From: Mobula hypostoma
Lineage: Eukaryota
Reading direction: 5' to 3'
Assembly (NCBI RefSeq): GCF_963921235.1
Contig: NC_086106.1
Span: 93,000,001 to 93,064,000, forward strand
DNA length: 64,000 nt
A program made the position numbers and the translations under genes. Shown piece after piece: positions 1 to 13,384 of this stretch; position 1 is the first letter of the stretch, and the number at the start of each line of letters is the position of its first letter. The notes beneath the pieces are model-generated. The model had not been told where the DNA came from and searched no databases. It worked only from the letters and a program-made list of their open reading frames with translations.

Positions 1-1829
1 TATTTCTCTTGTGGGTAGATACATAAACATCATCCTCAGCTATTTAAGCTGGAGTGTTTTGAGCTCTGTGACTCTGTATAGCACAACGATTAGTCTGACA
101 TAACCTTCTCCAGCTGCTGTGGCCTTTCAGTCAATTCTTCTGAATGTCTTGGGAATAACAAGCTCACAAATCATGTTGCATTGTTGTATCACAGGAGCTA
201 TTATCAATAAAGCATCATGTCGCAGACCAACCATTCTGCTTTGTTGCTGGGTTATCTTCTAATGGATTGGTACACACTTGCTGAATCTACAAAGGGTCAA
301 GCAATCATGAACTTGTTACACTTATCTGGTACTTTCTGTCACCAAGACAACAGAACATAATAACTACCAGCTCTCTTGGGGGTGACCTCCTCTCCCCTGC
401 CAGACATCAGTAAATCCCTTGAATCCATTTTCTCTTTAACCTATTTCTGAGTTCATTGTAATTGCTTTGGAGAGCTTCATATTCAGTCAGAATGCTGCCA
501 TGGACTAACTCACAATTTGGATTTGAAGGGAGCTTTGTAGATAGCGTTAATCTGCCTTGATGTATACTCATGCATGCGGAGGTTCTTTGCAAAGACGGCA
601 TTCGCAAGGCAGTGATGTTGCTGGCCAATGATTTATTACCAGATGACATCTTCTGGTTGACAAACTTTCCTGCAATTTATACTTTTTTTTCTTAAAATCA
701 AAAAGCAGACTTTGATAAACTGTTTACAGGCATTGTGTAACTGTTTACAGTTCTTTCAGTACTTGTCTGGAAAGCTGCCTATGCTGTATTGCAAAGCCCA
801 GCTTGACTCGAGAACATAGAGGAGCCTTGAATGCTAGCTGACATACTTTATGAAGTTTTCATCAACAATTTACCTGTGGGGCTTGGGTTTAATTCAAAAT
901 TGATTGGGGTGAAATTCTGTCTAAATGAAATGAGTTTCAGTCATGCTAATCCAGCTTCCCATAGGCGCGCAGAGACAGCAAGAGGCTGGCTCTAATTAAT
1001 ACTAATTGGGAAATCCTACTCAGAGGATACAGGATGGCTAGTGTATGAAATGGATCAATGTCAATCAATAGAGAATAGTCTTCTGAGTTTGGGTGGGGCT
1101 CAGTTACTGAACTAATTGTTGCCACCAAATGTACTTAATGAAATCAGACACACAAGCCAGCCAATTGTCAGAATGTGGATCTTATAATGGAATGCAGGCA
1201 TGGCTTGTGATCTGAACTCTCAAAAATTTAAAGGTTTTCTTGAAAACCTTGTAAATAGGGCTACATGTTAGCTTGAAAGCACCCTTCCTGGAAAATGAGT
1301 TCAGAATTTGGTTAGGTGGCTAGAACACTCCACAGCTGGGAACTTAGACCACTGTTTGTGACTATTAAAAACAAGCAGCCATTCCAGACCTAGTATGTCT
1401 CCCAGCTGTTAATTCAACCCCACACCCTTCTGATAAATAGGGCCAAAAGTCGGAAGACTCGGCTGTCTTCTGATTTTAGAAAGAAAACCTTTCTCTTCAA
1501 TAAAACCCTGAAGTGGCTTTTGATTAGAAAGACCGTGAGATGGATATAGATTTTAAATCCTTTTCTAAATGAAACCCTCCTATGCAGCGTGGCATAGAAA
1601 GAATGCAAGGCCATTTTGATACTATGGGGTTAAAAGTAGGTTTTTGTTCTTTGTCACATCAATGTATTTTACTACTTTGATGAGAACCTCTGCTCTTCTG
1701 GGCAGTAATTCTGCTTCCTTTTGAGCTATTCTCAGCTTTTTTAAACTGTACTGTGTCTACTACTGTTTGTAATAGGTGGCCTTATGCCCAAATCAGTTTT
1801 ATGTACAAGAGCTGGCAAAAAAAAAAAAT

Positions 1830-4800
1830 GAATCATAGAGCCATTGAATGCCAGAGCACAGAAACAGGCCATTTGGCCCATTTAGTCCATGCCAAACTAT
1901 TTGTCTGCCAAGTCCCATCAATCTTCAACCAGACCATAGCCCTCCATACCCCTCCCATCCATGTACTTCTCCCACATCCACCACTTCCTCTGGCAGCTCA
2001 TTCCACGCTCTCACCACTCTGAGTGCAGAAACTCCCCCCCCCCCCATGTCCCCTTAAACATTTCGCCTTTCACCTTCGCCTATGACTTCCATTTATAGTA
2101 TCTCCCAACCTCAGTGGAAAAAGCCTGATGCACTTACCCAGTCTGTACCCCTCACAATTTTTTATATCTTTATCAGATCACCCCAATTCTTCTCTGCTCT
2201 AGGCAATGAAATCCTACCCTATTTGACATTTCCTTAAACTCAGGTTCTCAAATCCTGGCAACATTGTTGTAGATTTTCTCTAAACTCTTCCAATCTTATT
2301 GATATCTTTCTTATAGGTAGGTGACCAAAACTGCACAAAATACTCTAAATTAGGTCTCACCAGTATCTTATACAACTTCAAGATAACATCTCAACTCTTG
2401 TACTTAGTACCTTGATTTATGAAGGTCAATGTGCCGCAAGTGTTCTTTATGGCCCTATCCAACTGTGAAGCCACTTTCAAGGAATTATGGATCTATAATC
2501 CAGATCCCTGTGTTCTATTGCGCTTCTCAGTGTCCTGCTGTTCAACATGCAAGTCCTACCCTGGTTTATCCTTCAAAAGTGCACGCCTCATTTTTCTGCA
2601 TTAATTTCATCTGCTATTTTTCAGCCCATGTTTCCAGCGGTCCAGATCCCATTACAAGGTTTTGATAATCTTCCCTGCAGACTATTAAGCCCCCAATCTT
2701 GGTGTCATCTGCAAATTTGCTGATCCAATTTACTACAGTTTGCATCATCTAGATTGTTGATATAGATGATAAACTACAATGGACCCAGCACTAAATTCTG
2801 CAGCACAGAACTAGTCACAGGCCTTCAGCTGGTGAGGCATTCTTCTCTGGCACTCTCTGGCTTCTGTGAAATCAATGTCTAATTCAATTTACTACCTCAT
2901 CTTGAAAGCCAAGTCAGTGAACCACCTTGACCAATTCCCATGAGGGACCTTGCCAAAGGCCTTGTTAAAGTCCATATAGACAGCATCCACTGCCTTGCCT
3001 TCATCAACTTTCCTGGTAACTTCCTCAATATATTATATAAGATTGGTTAGACCTGCCCAACCAGACACAAAGCCATGTTGACTACCTCTAAACAGTCCCT
3101 GTCCATACAAATATTTATATATCCATTCCCTTAGAATACCTTCCAATAATGTACCCACTACTGATGCCAGACTCACCAGCCAAAACTTTCCTAATTTATT
3201 CTCCAAGCATTCTTACACAATGGAAGAACATTAGCTATATTCCAGTCTTCTAGCACATTACCCTTGGCTAAGGACGTTTTAAATATCTCTGCTAGGGCCC
3301 CTGCAATTTCTGCACTAGCCTCCCACTGGGTTTGAGAGGACACCTTATCAGTTGCTGGAGATTTATCCACCCTAATTTGTCTCAGGACAGCAAACAGCAT
3401 CTCCGGTGTTATCTGTATATGGTCCATGACCTCGCTAATGCTTTGCCTCACTTCTATGAATTATGTGTTCATCTCCTCCATAAATTCAGATGCAAAATCC
3501 ATTTAAGAGCACCCCCTCTTGATCAGCTCCATTCATACGTGACTACCCTGATTTTCCAGAGGACAAATGTTGTCCCTTGCTATCCCTTTGCTCTTACTAG
3601 AGCTGTAGTAGCCCTTGGTGTTCTCCTTTAGCTTGTCTGCTACAGCAAACCATGCCTTCTTTCAGCCCTCCTGATGTCCTTCTTCAGTGTTCTCTTGCAT
3701 TTCTTATACTCCTCAAGTACCTCAGTTGCTCCTTCCTGCCTATACCTGCTATGTACTCATTTTTTCTTAACCAGGGCCTCAAACCTTTGTAAACCAAGGT
3801 TCCCTAAACCTGTTATCCATGCCTTTTATCCTAACAGGAACATACAAACTATGTACTCTCCAAATTTCACTTTCGAAGGCCACTTACTAAACATACCTTT
3901 GGCAAAAAAGAACCTGTCCCAATCCATACTTGCCAGATCCTCTCTGATGCCATGAAAGTTGGCCTTTTTTTCAATTTAGAATCTCATTTTGAGGACCAGA
4001 CCTATCCTTCTCCATAATTATATTCAAAGTAATGTTATTATCATCACAAGATGCAAAGAATTCCCTTACACAAATCTCCGTCATCTGCCCTGATTCCTTC
4101 CCAAATGGGAGATCTAGTATTGCACTCTTCCTAGTTGGGAGTTATATGTACTGACATTTTCTCTGACTAGTATCACTACCCCTCCACCTTTAATCCCTTC
4201 AACATTATCATGTCTAAAGCATTGGAACCCTGGACTTCCTCCAGCAGTCAAGTCTCACTACTGGCTACAATGATATAATTCCACGTGCTAATCCACGCCT
4301 TTCTTACGATATTCCTTTTACTGAAATATACACAACTCAGAACATTAGTTCCACCATGCTTAGCTTTTCAAATCCTGACATTGTATGTAGGCTTAACAAC
4401 ATTTTTCCCCACAACCACTCTACTATCTGCTTTGATTCCCATCCCGTTGTAACTCTATTTTAGACCTCCACCTGTGCAGCACTGGCAAATCTTCCCACAA
4501 GGATATTAGTCCCCCTCCAGTGCAGGTATGGATTGTTTCTTCTATATAGGTCCCACCTTTCCTGGAAGGGAGCACAATCATCCAAAAGTATAAAGCCCAC
4601 CCTCATGCACCATCTCCTTAGCCGCATGTTCTTTGATCTTTCTATTTCTGGCTTTACCGGCACGTGGCAAAGATGGCAATCTTGAGTTCACAACTCTGGA
4701 GGTCCTGTCAAGATTGTATCTAACAGCTAACTCCCTGACCTCAAATTGCAGAACCTCTTCACCTCCCTATCCATGTCATCGGTCCGTACGAGGACCATGA

Positions 4801-5190
4801 TCTTTGACTACACACCTTCCCACATAAGAATGTTGAGAACTTGACCTGAGATGTCCCTGATCATGGCACCTGGGGGGGCAACATACCATTCGGGAATCTA
4901 ATTCTTGTCCACAGAACCTCTTGCCTGTTCCCCTAACCATTGAATCCCCTATCTCTACAGCTCACTACCTCTCCCCTGTTCCCTTCTGAGCCTCAGAGCC
5001 TGTCTGAGTGCCAGAGACCTGACAGCTGTGGATTTCCTCTGCTAGGTCATTCCCCCCAAAAGTGCCACAGGCAATGTACCTGTTACTGAGGGGAACAGCC
5101 GCAGGGGTACTCTGTGATGTCTGCCTATCCTTGTTCCTCCTGACAGTCACCCAGTGTCTTGCACCTTGAGTGTAACTACCTTCTGGTATG
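1830..5190 (-). mobile_element. CR1-clade LINE, long degraded copy with ORF1 (SGNH-esterase-like) and ORF2 remnants
   Basis: Minus-strand ORF remnants: VPLSNRY (4965-5150) and RRWCMRVGFILLD...WDLYRR...LHWRGTNILVGRF (4460-4663), typical of CR1 ORF1; IRVDKSPATD...IAGALAEIFKTSLAKG..EDWNIANVLPL (3191-3451), the CR1 ORF2 pre-RT region. CR1-type 3' tail near 1830-1900. Many stops and frameshifts. Confidence 0.85.
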
Positions 5191-5561
5191 TCCTATTGAT
5201 CAACTTGCTGATAGACTCCAGGTTGTTTGGGCTAGGATAGATTTATGTCCAAGACCCAGAAAGCATTGGACAAATCATGTTTTCCAGATGTACAGATTTA
5301 ATTAATTTCATCTTTTCCTCCTTACGTCACTTACAGTCATTTATGGTGGCCATTGGTCAAGACAACACATGGGCTGATTTCATAATTAAGTTAAACAATC
5401 AGCCTGAAATAAACTCCAAAGGGAACCTCAAGCTCCAGGTCAAGCTGACCAAGAACTTCACAATTGATGATTCAGGCCCCCAAATGATAATTGAAACAGT
5501 CCCTTTTTATAAGTCTACAATACATGAAAGAAAGCCTTACTGTAATTGTTATTAATTGAGG

Positions 5562-5880
5562 CACAAGTGCCTGCAGATGCTGGAGCCTGGAGCAGCATCC
5601 AAACCACTGGAGGAACCCAATGGGTCAGGCAGCATCAATGTTGAGAAATGGACAGTCAATGTTTTGGTCAAGATTTTTAATCTGTTGCTGTAAAGATTAT
5701 AGTCAAGCTGCAGATTGCATCGTGCTGGTCAAAGGCACTGACTATGTTACAGAGTTAGCAGTGCTGTAATCTGGTCTGAAATATTCATTCTTTCTCTCAT
5801 TCCACAGATGCTACCTGCCCTGGGTATTTTCAGCATTTTTCTATTTTTATTACAGATTTTCAGCATCTGCAGATTTTTGA
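5562..5880. repeat. Old pair of Penelope-like terminal repeat (pLTR) fragments in inverted orientation
   Basis: 5562-5680 (ctgcagatgctgg...ctggaggaac..gggtcaggcagcatc) and an inverted copy at ~5775-5880 (cagatgct..cagcatttt..cagcatctgcag). Both resemble the terminus at 16671-16770 and 57807-57925. Confidence 0.6.
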
Positions 5881-5924
5881 GTTCACCTTCTACCAATTGC
5901 ATTTTGTCCTTTTTCAGTTCACTG

Positions 5925-8505
5925 CAATATAAGAGATTGGGGCAGAATTAGGCTTTTCAGCACCAATTCTGCTCTGCCATTAGATTGTGGCTGATCCATT
6001 TCCCTCTCAAAACCATTCTCCTGAATTATCCATGTAACTTCTCACAGCCTGACTTATCAAGAATTTACCAACCTCTACCTTAAATACACCTGGCCTCCAT
6101 AGCCACCTGTGGCATCAAATTCCACAAATTCATCATCCTCTGACTAAAGAAATTCTTCCTTATATCCATCCTAAATGGACATCCCACTAACGTGAGATTG
6201 TGACCTCTGGCCGTCGACTCTCCCATTATAGGAAACATTCTCTCCACATCCAAACAATCTAGGTCTTTCAAAATTCGATAGGTTTCAATGAGATCCATCC
6301 TCATTCTTCTAAATTCCAACATGTACCAGCCCAGAGCCATCAAATGCTCCTCATATGATAAGCCTTTTGTTCTCAGAATAATTTTCATGAACCTCCTTTG
6401 AATCCTCTCCAATGTCTGCACACCCTTTATATATAAGGGGCCCAAAATTGCTCACAATACTCCATTTAAGGCCTCACCAGTGCCTTATAAAGCCTGAGCA
6501 TTACATCTTTGTTTTTCATACTTCACTCCTCTCAAAAGGAATGGTTACATTGCACTTTCCTTCTTCACCACTGAAACAACATGCAGGCTAACCTTTAGGG
6601 AAACCTGCATGAGGACACCCAAGTTCCTTTGCACCTCAGATTTTTATGTTTTCTTCCCATTTAGAAAATAGTCTATGCTTTTATTCCTTCTACCAATTCA
6701 ATTCCCGACACTGTATTCCATGGCGATTCTCCTAAACTGCCTGTGTCTTTCTGCAGTCTCTGTACTTCTTCAACACTACCTACCCCTTCACCTATCTTTA
6801 TATTGTCCACAAACTGAGCCATAAAGTCATCAATTGTTGTCCAAATCATTGACATACAACATAAAAAGAAGCAGTCCCAACACCAACCCCTGCAGAACAC
6901 CACTAGTCACCACCAGCCAATCAGTGAAGGCTCCCTTTATTCACAATCTTTCCCTCCTGTCATCAGCCAACTCTCTATCCATGCTAGTATCTTTCTTAAT
7001 ACCAGGGCTTTGCCAAAAACCTTTTGAAATCCAAGTACACAATATCCACTGATTCTTCTTTATCTATCCTGTTTGTCATTTCCTCAAAGAATTCTAACAG
7101 ATTTGTCAGGCAAAATTTTCTCTTGAGGGAACCATGTTGACTTTGGCTCATTTTATAATGTGTTTCCAAGTACCCTGAACTCTCATCCTTAACAATTGAC
7201 TCCAATATTTTACCAACCAATGAGTCCAGCTAACTGGCCTATAATTTCCTTTCATCTGCTACGGTCCCTTCTTGAAGAGTGGACTGACATTTGCAATTTT
7301 CCAGTCTTCCGGAACCATGCCAGAATCTAATGATTTTTGAAGAATCATTACTAATACCTACACAATCTCTTCAGCAACCTCCTCCAAAACCCTCGGGTGT
7401 AATCCATCTGTTCATAGAAACATAGAAACATAGAAACATAGAAAATAGGTGCAGGAGTAGGCCATTCGGCCCTTCGAGCCTGCACCGCCATTTATTATGA
7501 TCGTGGCTGATCATCCAACTCAGAACCCTGCCCCAGCCTTCCCTCCATACCCCCTGATCTCTGTAGCCACAAGGGCCATATCTAACTCCCTCTTAAACAT
7601 AGCCAATGAACTGGCCTCAACTGTTTCCTGTGGCAGAGAATTCCACAGATTCACAACTCTCTGTGTGAAGTTTTTCCTAATCTCGGTCCTAAAAGGCTTC
7701 CCCTTTATCATCAAACTGTGACCCCTTGTTCTGGACTTCCCCAACATCGGGAACAATCTTCCTGCATCTAGCCTGTCCAATCCCTTTAGGATTTTATACG
7801 TTTCAATCAGATCCCCCCTCAATCTTCTAAATTCCAATGAGTACAAGCCCAGTTCATCCAGTCTTTCTTCATATGAAAGTCCTGCCATCCCAGGAATCAA
7901 TCTGGTTCCTGGTGACTTATCTACCATCAGACCTTTCAGTTTCTCAAGCACTGTCTCCCTAGTTAGTAGCAGCAGCACTCTCTTCTGCTCTTTGACACTC
8001 TCAAACTTCTGGCAGACTGCTAATCTCTTCCACAGTGAAGACTGATGCAAAAATGCTTATTCAGTTCATTGACCATGTCCTTGTACCCCATTATTACCTC
8101 TCCAGCCTTGTTTTCCTGTGGTCTGATATCTACTCTTATCACTATTTTACTCAATATATATCTGAAAAAAAAACCTTCAGTATCTCTTTGATATTGGTTA
8201 TCTTAACTTCATATTTCATCTTTTCACTTCCTATGGCCTTTTTAGTTGCTTTCTGTTGGTTTTTAAAAGCTTTCCAATCCTCTAACGTCCCATATTTTTG
8301 CTCTATTATATGGCCTCACTTTTGCTTTTATGTTGGCTTTGACTTCCCTTGTCAGCCACGGGTGTGTCAGCCTATCTTTGGAATGCTTCTTCTTCTTTGG
8401 GATGTATCTGTCTTGCCTCCTCCAAATTGTTCCCAGTAACTGCAGCTATTGCTTCTCTGCCATCATCACTGCTATTGTCCCCTTCCGAATAACTTTGGCC
8501 AAAGG
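5925..8505 (-). mobile_element. CR1-clade LINE, 5'-truncated, hosting a nested younger CR1
   Basis: ORF remnants: LERIQRRFMKII...GLSYEEHL...RGHNL...FFSQRMMNLWNLMP (6080-6445); QFVDNIKIG (degenerate FADD, 6673-6903); SQHG..CLTNLLEFFEE..VDIVYLDF (6996-7220); LEKLKGLMVDKSPG (within 7520-8050). Confidence 0.88.
7413..7906 (-). mobile_element. Young 5'-truncated CR1 3' fragment nested in older CR1
   Basis: (CATAGAAA)x4 at 7413-7444 is the (TTTCTATG)n CR1 tail. Uninterrupted RLIPGMAGLSYEERLDELGLYSLEFRRLRGDLIETYKILKG...RTRGHSL. Host sequence resumes at ~7907 (tcctggtgacttatc). Confidence 0.92.
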
Positions 8506-10360
8506 AACAGCATGCCTATAGCCTAGAAATATATATAATTAGAATTGGAATCTCATGATAGATTTTTCACTGCTGAGTGATTATGCACTTCACTGGTTGA
8601 AATGCTACCTGTTCGATGAATCTCCCCAATCACTCAGTGATATCTGATCATTCTGCTTCTCTGTGTGTTGTTCACAGCTGATGTGGTGACAATGTTAAAC
8701 AGCAGACCAAAGGGGTTAAGCGCTTGTAGGCTAGCTGATCCAAGGAAAGTATATTTTGTGCAGAGGTCACATTGTTTGATTAAATTCCCACTCAACAGAA
8801 AAAGAAAGCACTTCTCTGTGATTAACATTACAGGGTCAGGAAATCATTCTTGGTAGTGTCAGATATGGTATGGATGTGGTGCATAGCAGGACATTAGGAA
8901 TAATTACATATCACCAGGATGTGGAGTAGGTCACTCTATCTGGGCTAGGATCTATGGTTTTGCAAACTACTTAGCCTGGTAGCCTAGTCTGCCTTTCCAT
9001 TCTTCTTGTTTCTGTTGTTCTTCAGCTTTTTCCTTCATCTGCATCTGCTCTAACTCCAGCACCAGCTTCTGTCTTGATTGGGAGGTTGTGTGTGCACTTG
9101 CTGAATGTGTACCGCTCAGGCCCTGAAGCTCAGAGTCACCGGAGCAAGAGACCATTAATTACACTGTCACTGTAATAACATGAGACTTCAAGATAGTAAA
9201 GATTCAACCAAATTTCAGCTTTCATCAATGAGGAGATTGTCTGGTTGTTTGATGTCCTTGAGTATAAAGGCATCATGTCACTTGACCATAAAGGCCTTTA
9301 GATTTTATGCAATGACCTACACTACTCTGTCAGGAAAAAGGAAGCACTTATGGGCATGTCAGTGCAGCCAAAGATTACATACACTTATGGAACACCAGCC
9401 ATATGGACAGGTCTATCTGCAAATCCATAAAGAGGACAAAATCAAAGAAATGAAATATACAGATAGATAAATTATGATGGCTAAGACAGGTAACAGAAAA
9501 ATGGTTTATTTTGGTAGGAAGAATGAGAAGAAGCAAACTTTAAAGGAGACCAGATTTGGGCTAAAATTCCAAAATCCTAGTTTAGACTAAGCTTCAGTAA
9601 TGTAGACAATTCCAGGGATTACTAACTTCAATACTTAATAAGGTCTCATAAAGAATGTAAAGGAGAATTTCGACCGTCAAATTCATTTTGGTCAAACAAC
9701 TGCACTTGCTTCTAGAAAAGACAACGTTAAAGGTAAACCCAAAAGACAGCTTTATTCTAGAATTTATTCTATCTTTATTCTAAACATCACGGCACTAATG
9801 GTGAGCAGCTAGAACGTAGGGTCAAGGGAAGTGAAAGAACACTTATAGAACTGTTTTGAGTCGAGGGACTGGACTGGACAATATTCAGGGATTCATCTTC
9901 AAGTCTGAATGAATATGTCATGGTTTTCACAGATGTCATCAAGATCTGTGAGGATGAGTGTATACTTTCGAGAGCGTACCAGACATACCCTGATCAAAAG
10001 CTGTGGATGAACCAGGTGATTCATAGTCTGCTGAGGGTTTGATCAGTGGCATTCATGACCGGTGATCCAGAACTACACAAGAAGTCCAGGTACGACCTAT
10101 GAAAGGCTATTTTAAGGGAGAAAAAACAATTCCGATTAAGGTTAGAGACAGAATCAGATGCACGCCAGCTCTGGCAGGGTTTGTAGGCCATTACTTCCTA
10201 CATCATGAATGTCTGTGATACCTCAGTCCCAGATGAGCTCAATGCCTTTCACGCATGCTTTGAAAGAGTGAACACAACTGCACCTATGCAAATCCCTGCA
10301 GCATTCGGTGACCCTGTGATCTCTGTCTCAAAGGCCCATATAGGAACACCTTTCAAAATG

Positions 10361-10697
10361 TATTTAAGCATCAGGCTGAATTGGAAAGGTCAGGTACGGG
10401 GCAAATTGAGGTGGCGGCGTCCAGGTCTGAGAGTGTATCAATGTGACAAGGCCTGGGTCCAAGAACAAGGAAGGACAAGCTTTATGGCTTTGTGGCAGTT
10501 GACTCACTTTTGTGAACTTCAGTTATTTGCCTGCTTTTGTTGTTTGCACTATTTGTTTTTTTTTGCACATTGGTGCCTTACGGTACTTTTTTATTGGGTT
10601 CCTTGTTTTGTGGCTGTCTGTGAGGAGACAAATCTCAAGGTTGTATATAGTATGTAGACTTTGATAATAAATGGACTTCGAACTTTGAACCTTGAAC
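10361..10697 (+). mobile_element. Non-coding element with Rex1-type 3' tail nested in the LINE
   Basis: Interrupts LINE coding sequence. Ends AATAAA...(TTTGAAC)n. The 3' block (ttttgtggctg..gacaaatctcaagg) recurs at ~25300, ~42940 and ~47910. Confidence 0.7.
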
Positions 10698-11289
10698 ATT
10701 TTTAATCTCTCACTGCTGCAGTCGAAGGTCCCCACCTGCTTCAAAAGGGCAACAGTCATAGCAGTACCCAAGAAAAGCAGGATGAGCTACCTCAATGACT
10801 ATCACCCAGTGGCACTCACATCTACTGTGATGAAGTTCCTTGGAATGTTGGTCATGGACAGAATCAATTCTTGCCTAAGCAAGGACCTGCATCCCCTGAA
10901 ATTTGCCTATGGCCACAATAGGTCTATAGCAGATGCAATCTCACTGACTCTCCATTTGACCTTGGATCACTTGGAGAATAGTAATACTTACATCAGGCTG
11001 TTTATTGATTACAGTTCAGTATTCAACACAATCATATTCATAATTCTAATCAACAAGTTCCAAACCCTGGGCCTCTGTACCTCCCTCTGCATCTGGATCC
11101 TTGACTTCCTCATCAGAAGCCCACAGTCAGTGCAGATCGGAAATAACATCTCCTCCTCCTTGACAGTCAACGCTAGTGCACCTCAATGATGTGTGATTGG
11201 CCCACTATTCTACTCTCTCTACACCCATGATTCAGCAGTTATGCACAGCTCAAACACCATCTCTAAATTTGCCAATGATTCAACTATTG

Positions 11290-12089
11290 AGGGAGGTGCA
11301 AAGTCAAGATGGCACTAAATGGCGACTCCTTTGTTTGCATCTTCAGAATCAGCTCTATTTCTATCTTTGATATCTCTTTTTTACCTCTTAAAGGAGTTAC
11401 CCTCTGACTTTGGTTCTTTGTGGGAATGGGAGCCGCTCTCAGGGCCTCACGACTGGGCTACTTTTTGACGTGCCTAGGACATAGCCTGGAAGACGAGCAC
11501 ACCTTCAAGGTGCCAGATTTTCGTGGCTCTGGAGACAGGCTGATTCAAGGCCGGTGTCCCTGACTGAAGCATCACGGGAGAACACGGAACATCAGGAGCT
11601 GTGTGTCCAGAGACCTGACCCTTTTCGGTGCCGACTCTCTGGGTGCAAAGCTCAGAAAAAGCAACACAACAGACTTTTAACATCATAAATCAGCGAGTTG
11701 CTTGTTATCTCTCTCCTTTCTCTGTGAAACTGGGATATCTCTTTTTCCCTTATTAGGGAAAGAGAGAGCCTGTGGTATGTCGAATTACCAGGTGAATACG
11801 TAGTCTTTGGGGTACTGCAAGACTGTGTCTTTACTGACGCTTTGCTGCACGCTTGTGTGCTCAGTGGAGGGCACCAATGCTTTTTTGCTGGTGGGGGAGG
11901 GGGCATTGTTTTGCTGCTGTTTGTGCGTGGGAGGGGTTTAGCTGGGAGTCTTTGGGGTTCTAACGTTTAACTGTCATTCATTCTTTGGAGCACTCCTCTG
12001 TTTTCGTGGATGTTTTCAAAGAAAAAGAATTTCAGAATGTATATTGTATACACTTCGCTGACATTAAATGTATCTATTGAACCTATTGG
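11290..12089 (+). mobile_element. ~800-bp non-autonomous retroelement nested in the Rex1-type LINE
   Basis: Interrupts the RT just after the FAND(S) (FADD-equivalent) motif. Candidate TSD ACTATTG (11283-11289) / ACTACTG (12090-12096). CAAGATGGC at 11305. Ends ATTAAA..(CTATTGAA)-type tail. No coding similarity seen. Confidence 0.75.
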
Positions 12090-13384
12090 ACTACTGTTGG
12101 CAGAATTTCAGATGTTGACAAGGAGGTGTACAAGAGTGACATAGGTCAACTGGCTGAGTGGTATGTAAAAATAACCTTGCACTCAACATAAGTAAGCCAA
12201 AGGAATTGATTCTGGATTTCCAGACGGGGAAATTGAGGGATCAGATGAAATGGTGAGCAATTTTCTGGGTGTCAATATCTCTGAGGTTATATCCTGGGCC
12301 TAACATATTGGTGCAATTATAAAGGAGGTATGACAGCGACTATATTTCATTTGGAGTTTGAGGAAAACTGGTATGTCACCAAAGATACTGACAAATTTCA
12401 ACAGATGTACTGTGGAGTGCATTATAACTAGCGTCATCACTGTCTGGTATGGAGGGGCCACTGCACAGGATTGAGAAAACCTGCAGAATTTTGTAAACTC
12501 AGACGTCCATTCTGGGCACTAGCTTCCACTGCATTGAGGGCTCCTCAAAAGGCGATGCCACAAAAAGACAGCATCCATCATTAAAGACCCCCACATGTCC
12601 TCTTCTCATCGATACCATCAAGGAGGAGGTACATGAGCCTGAGGACACACACTCAATATTTCAGGAAAAGCTTCTTCCCCTCCAAAATCAGATTTCTAGA
12701 TGGACAAGGAATCCATGAACACTAACTTCAGTATTTTTTGCACTGTTTATTTAATTTAAATATTTTAATATATACTTACTGTAGTTCAGAGTTTTATGTT
12801 ATTATGTGTTGCAATGTACTGCTGCAGGAAAACATCAAATTTCATGACATACGCCAGTGACATTAAATCGATTCTGATTTGATAGAACAAATTAAGGGGA
12901 AATGTTTTTCAGTCATTGAGGAGTTAATTACTCAAGCACACATATGTTAATAATTTGGTAAATAAGTATGATAAAATATTAAGAGAACAATAACTGAGTA
13001 ACCTCTAAAACCAAAACAGGAAATATGCTTCAAAGGAACATTTGTATTTCAACAGGGAAAAAGGCATTTTTTTAAATATACTGGAATACAAAATGAAGGT
13101 TGCAGAGACTAATTTAGGACTGAGATCTCTCACATATGATTTTATCAGGATTCTAAAATTGGAAATGTGATCTGTAAATGTTATCAGTACAAATGATCCC
13201 CTCTGCCTTTTATGCTCCCTATCATTGCCACCTATTTCGTTAATCTTTACTTTTCATTACCACTTTGACCTGTAACTAATTCTCCTGGAGGAACTCTGGT
13301 TATGCTGACTATAACTGGCATTACTCTTCCGCTGACATATTTGGCTACATTTAGTTGATTCCATCATCGCCTCTGATACCCATG

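Larger units (their letters stand above)
9845..12880 (+). mobile_element. Rex1/Babar-type LINE, 5'-truncated, split by two nested insertions
   Basis: DWTIF and VPDELNAFHACFE (10205-); IFNLSLLQSKVPTCFKRATVIAVPKK..LNDYHPVALTS..FAYGHNRS..FIDYSSVFNT (10692-11189). C-terminal part resumes at 12090. ATTAAA and an ATTCTG-like tail at ~12862-12880. Confidence 0.85.

Noticed and set aside
407-670. 80-aa minus-strand ORF with possible splice sites (ttgcAG near 671, GTGAGT near 513)
   Set aside because: Acceptor lacks a pyrimidine tract, the peptide is unrecognisable, and no partner exons were found.
7520-8050. 176-aa ORF as a gene
   Set aside because: Chimera of two CR1 copies joined in frame by a nested insertion.
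10205-10657. 150-aa ORF
   Set aside because: Starts in LINE coding sequence and reads into a nested non-coding insert.
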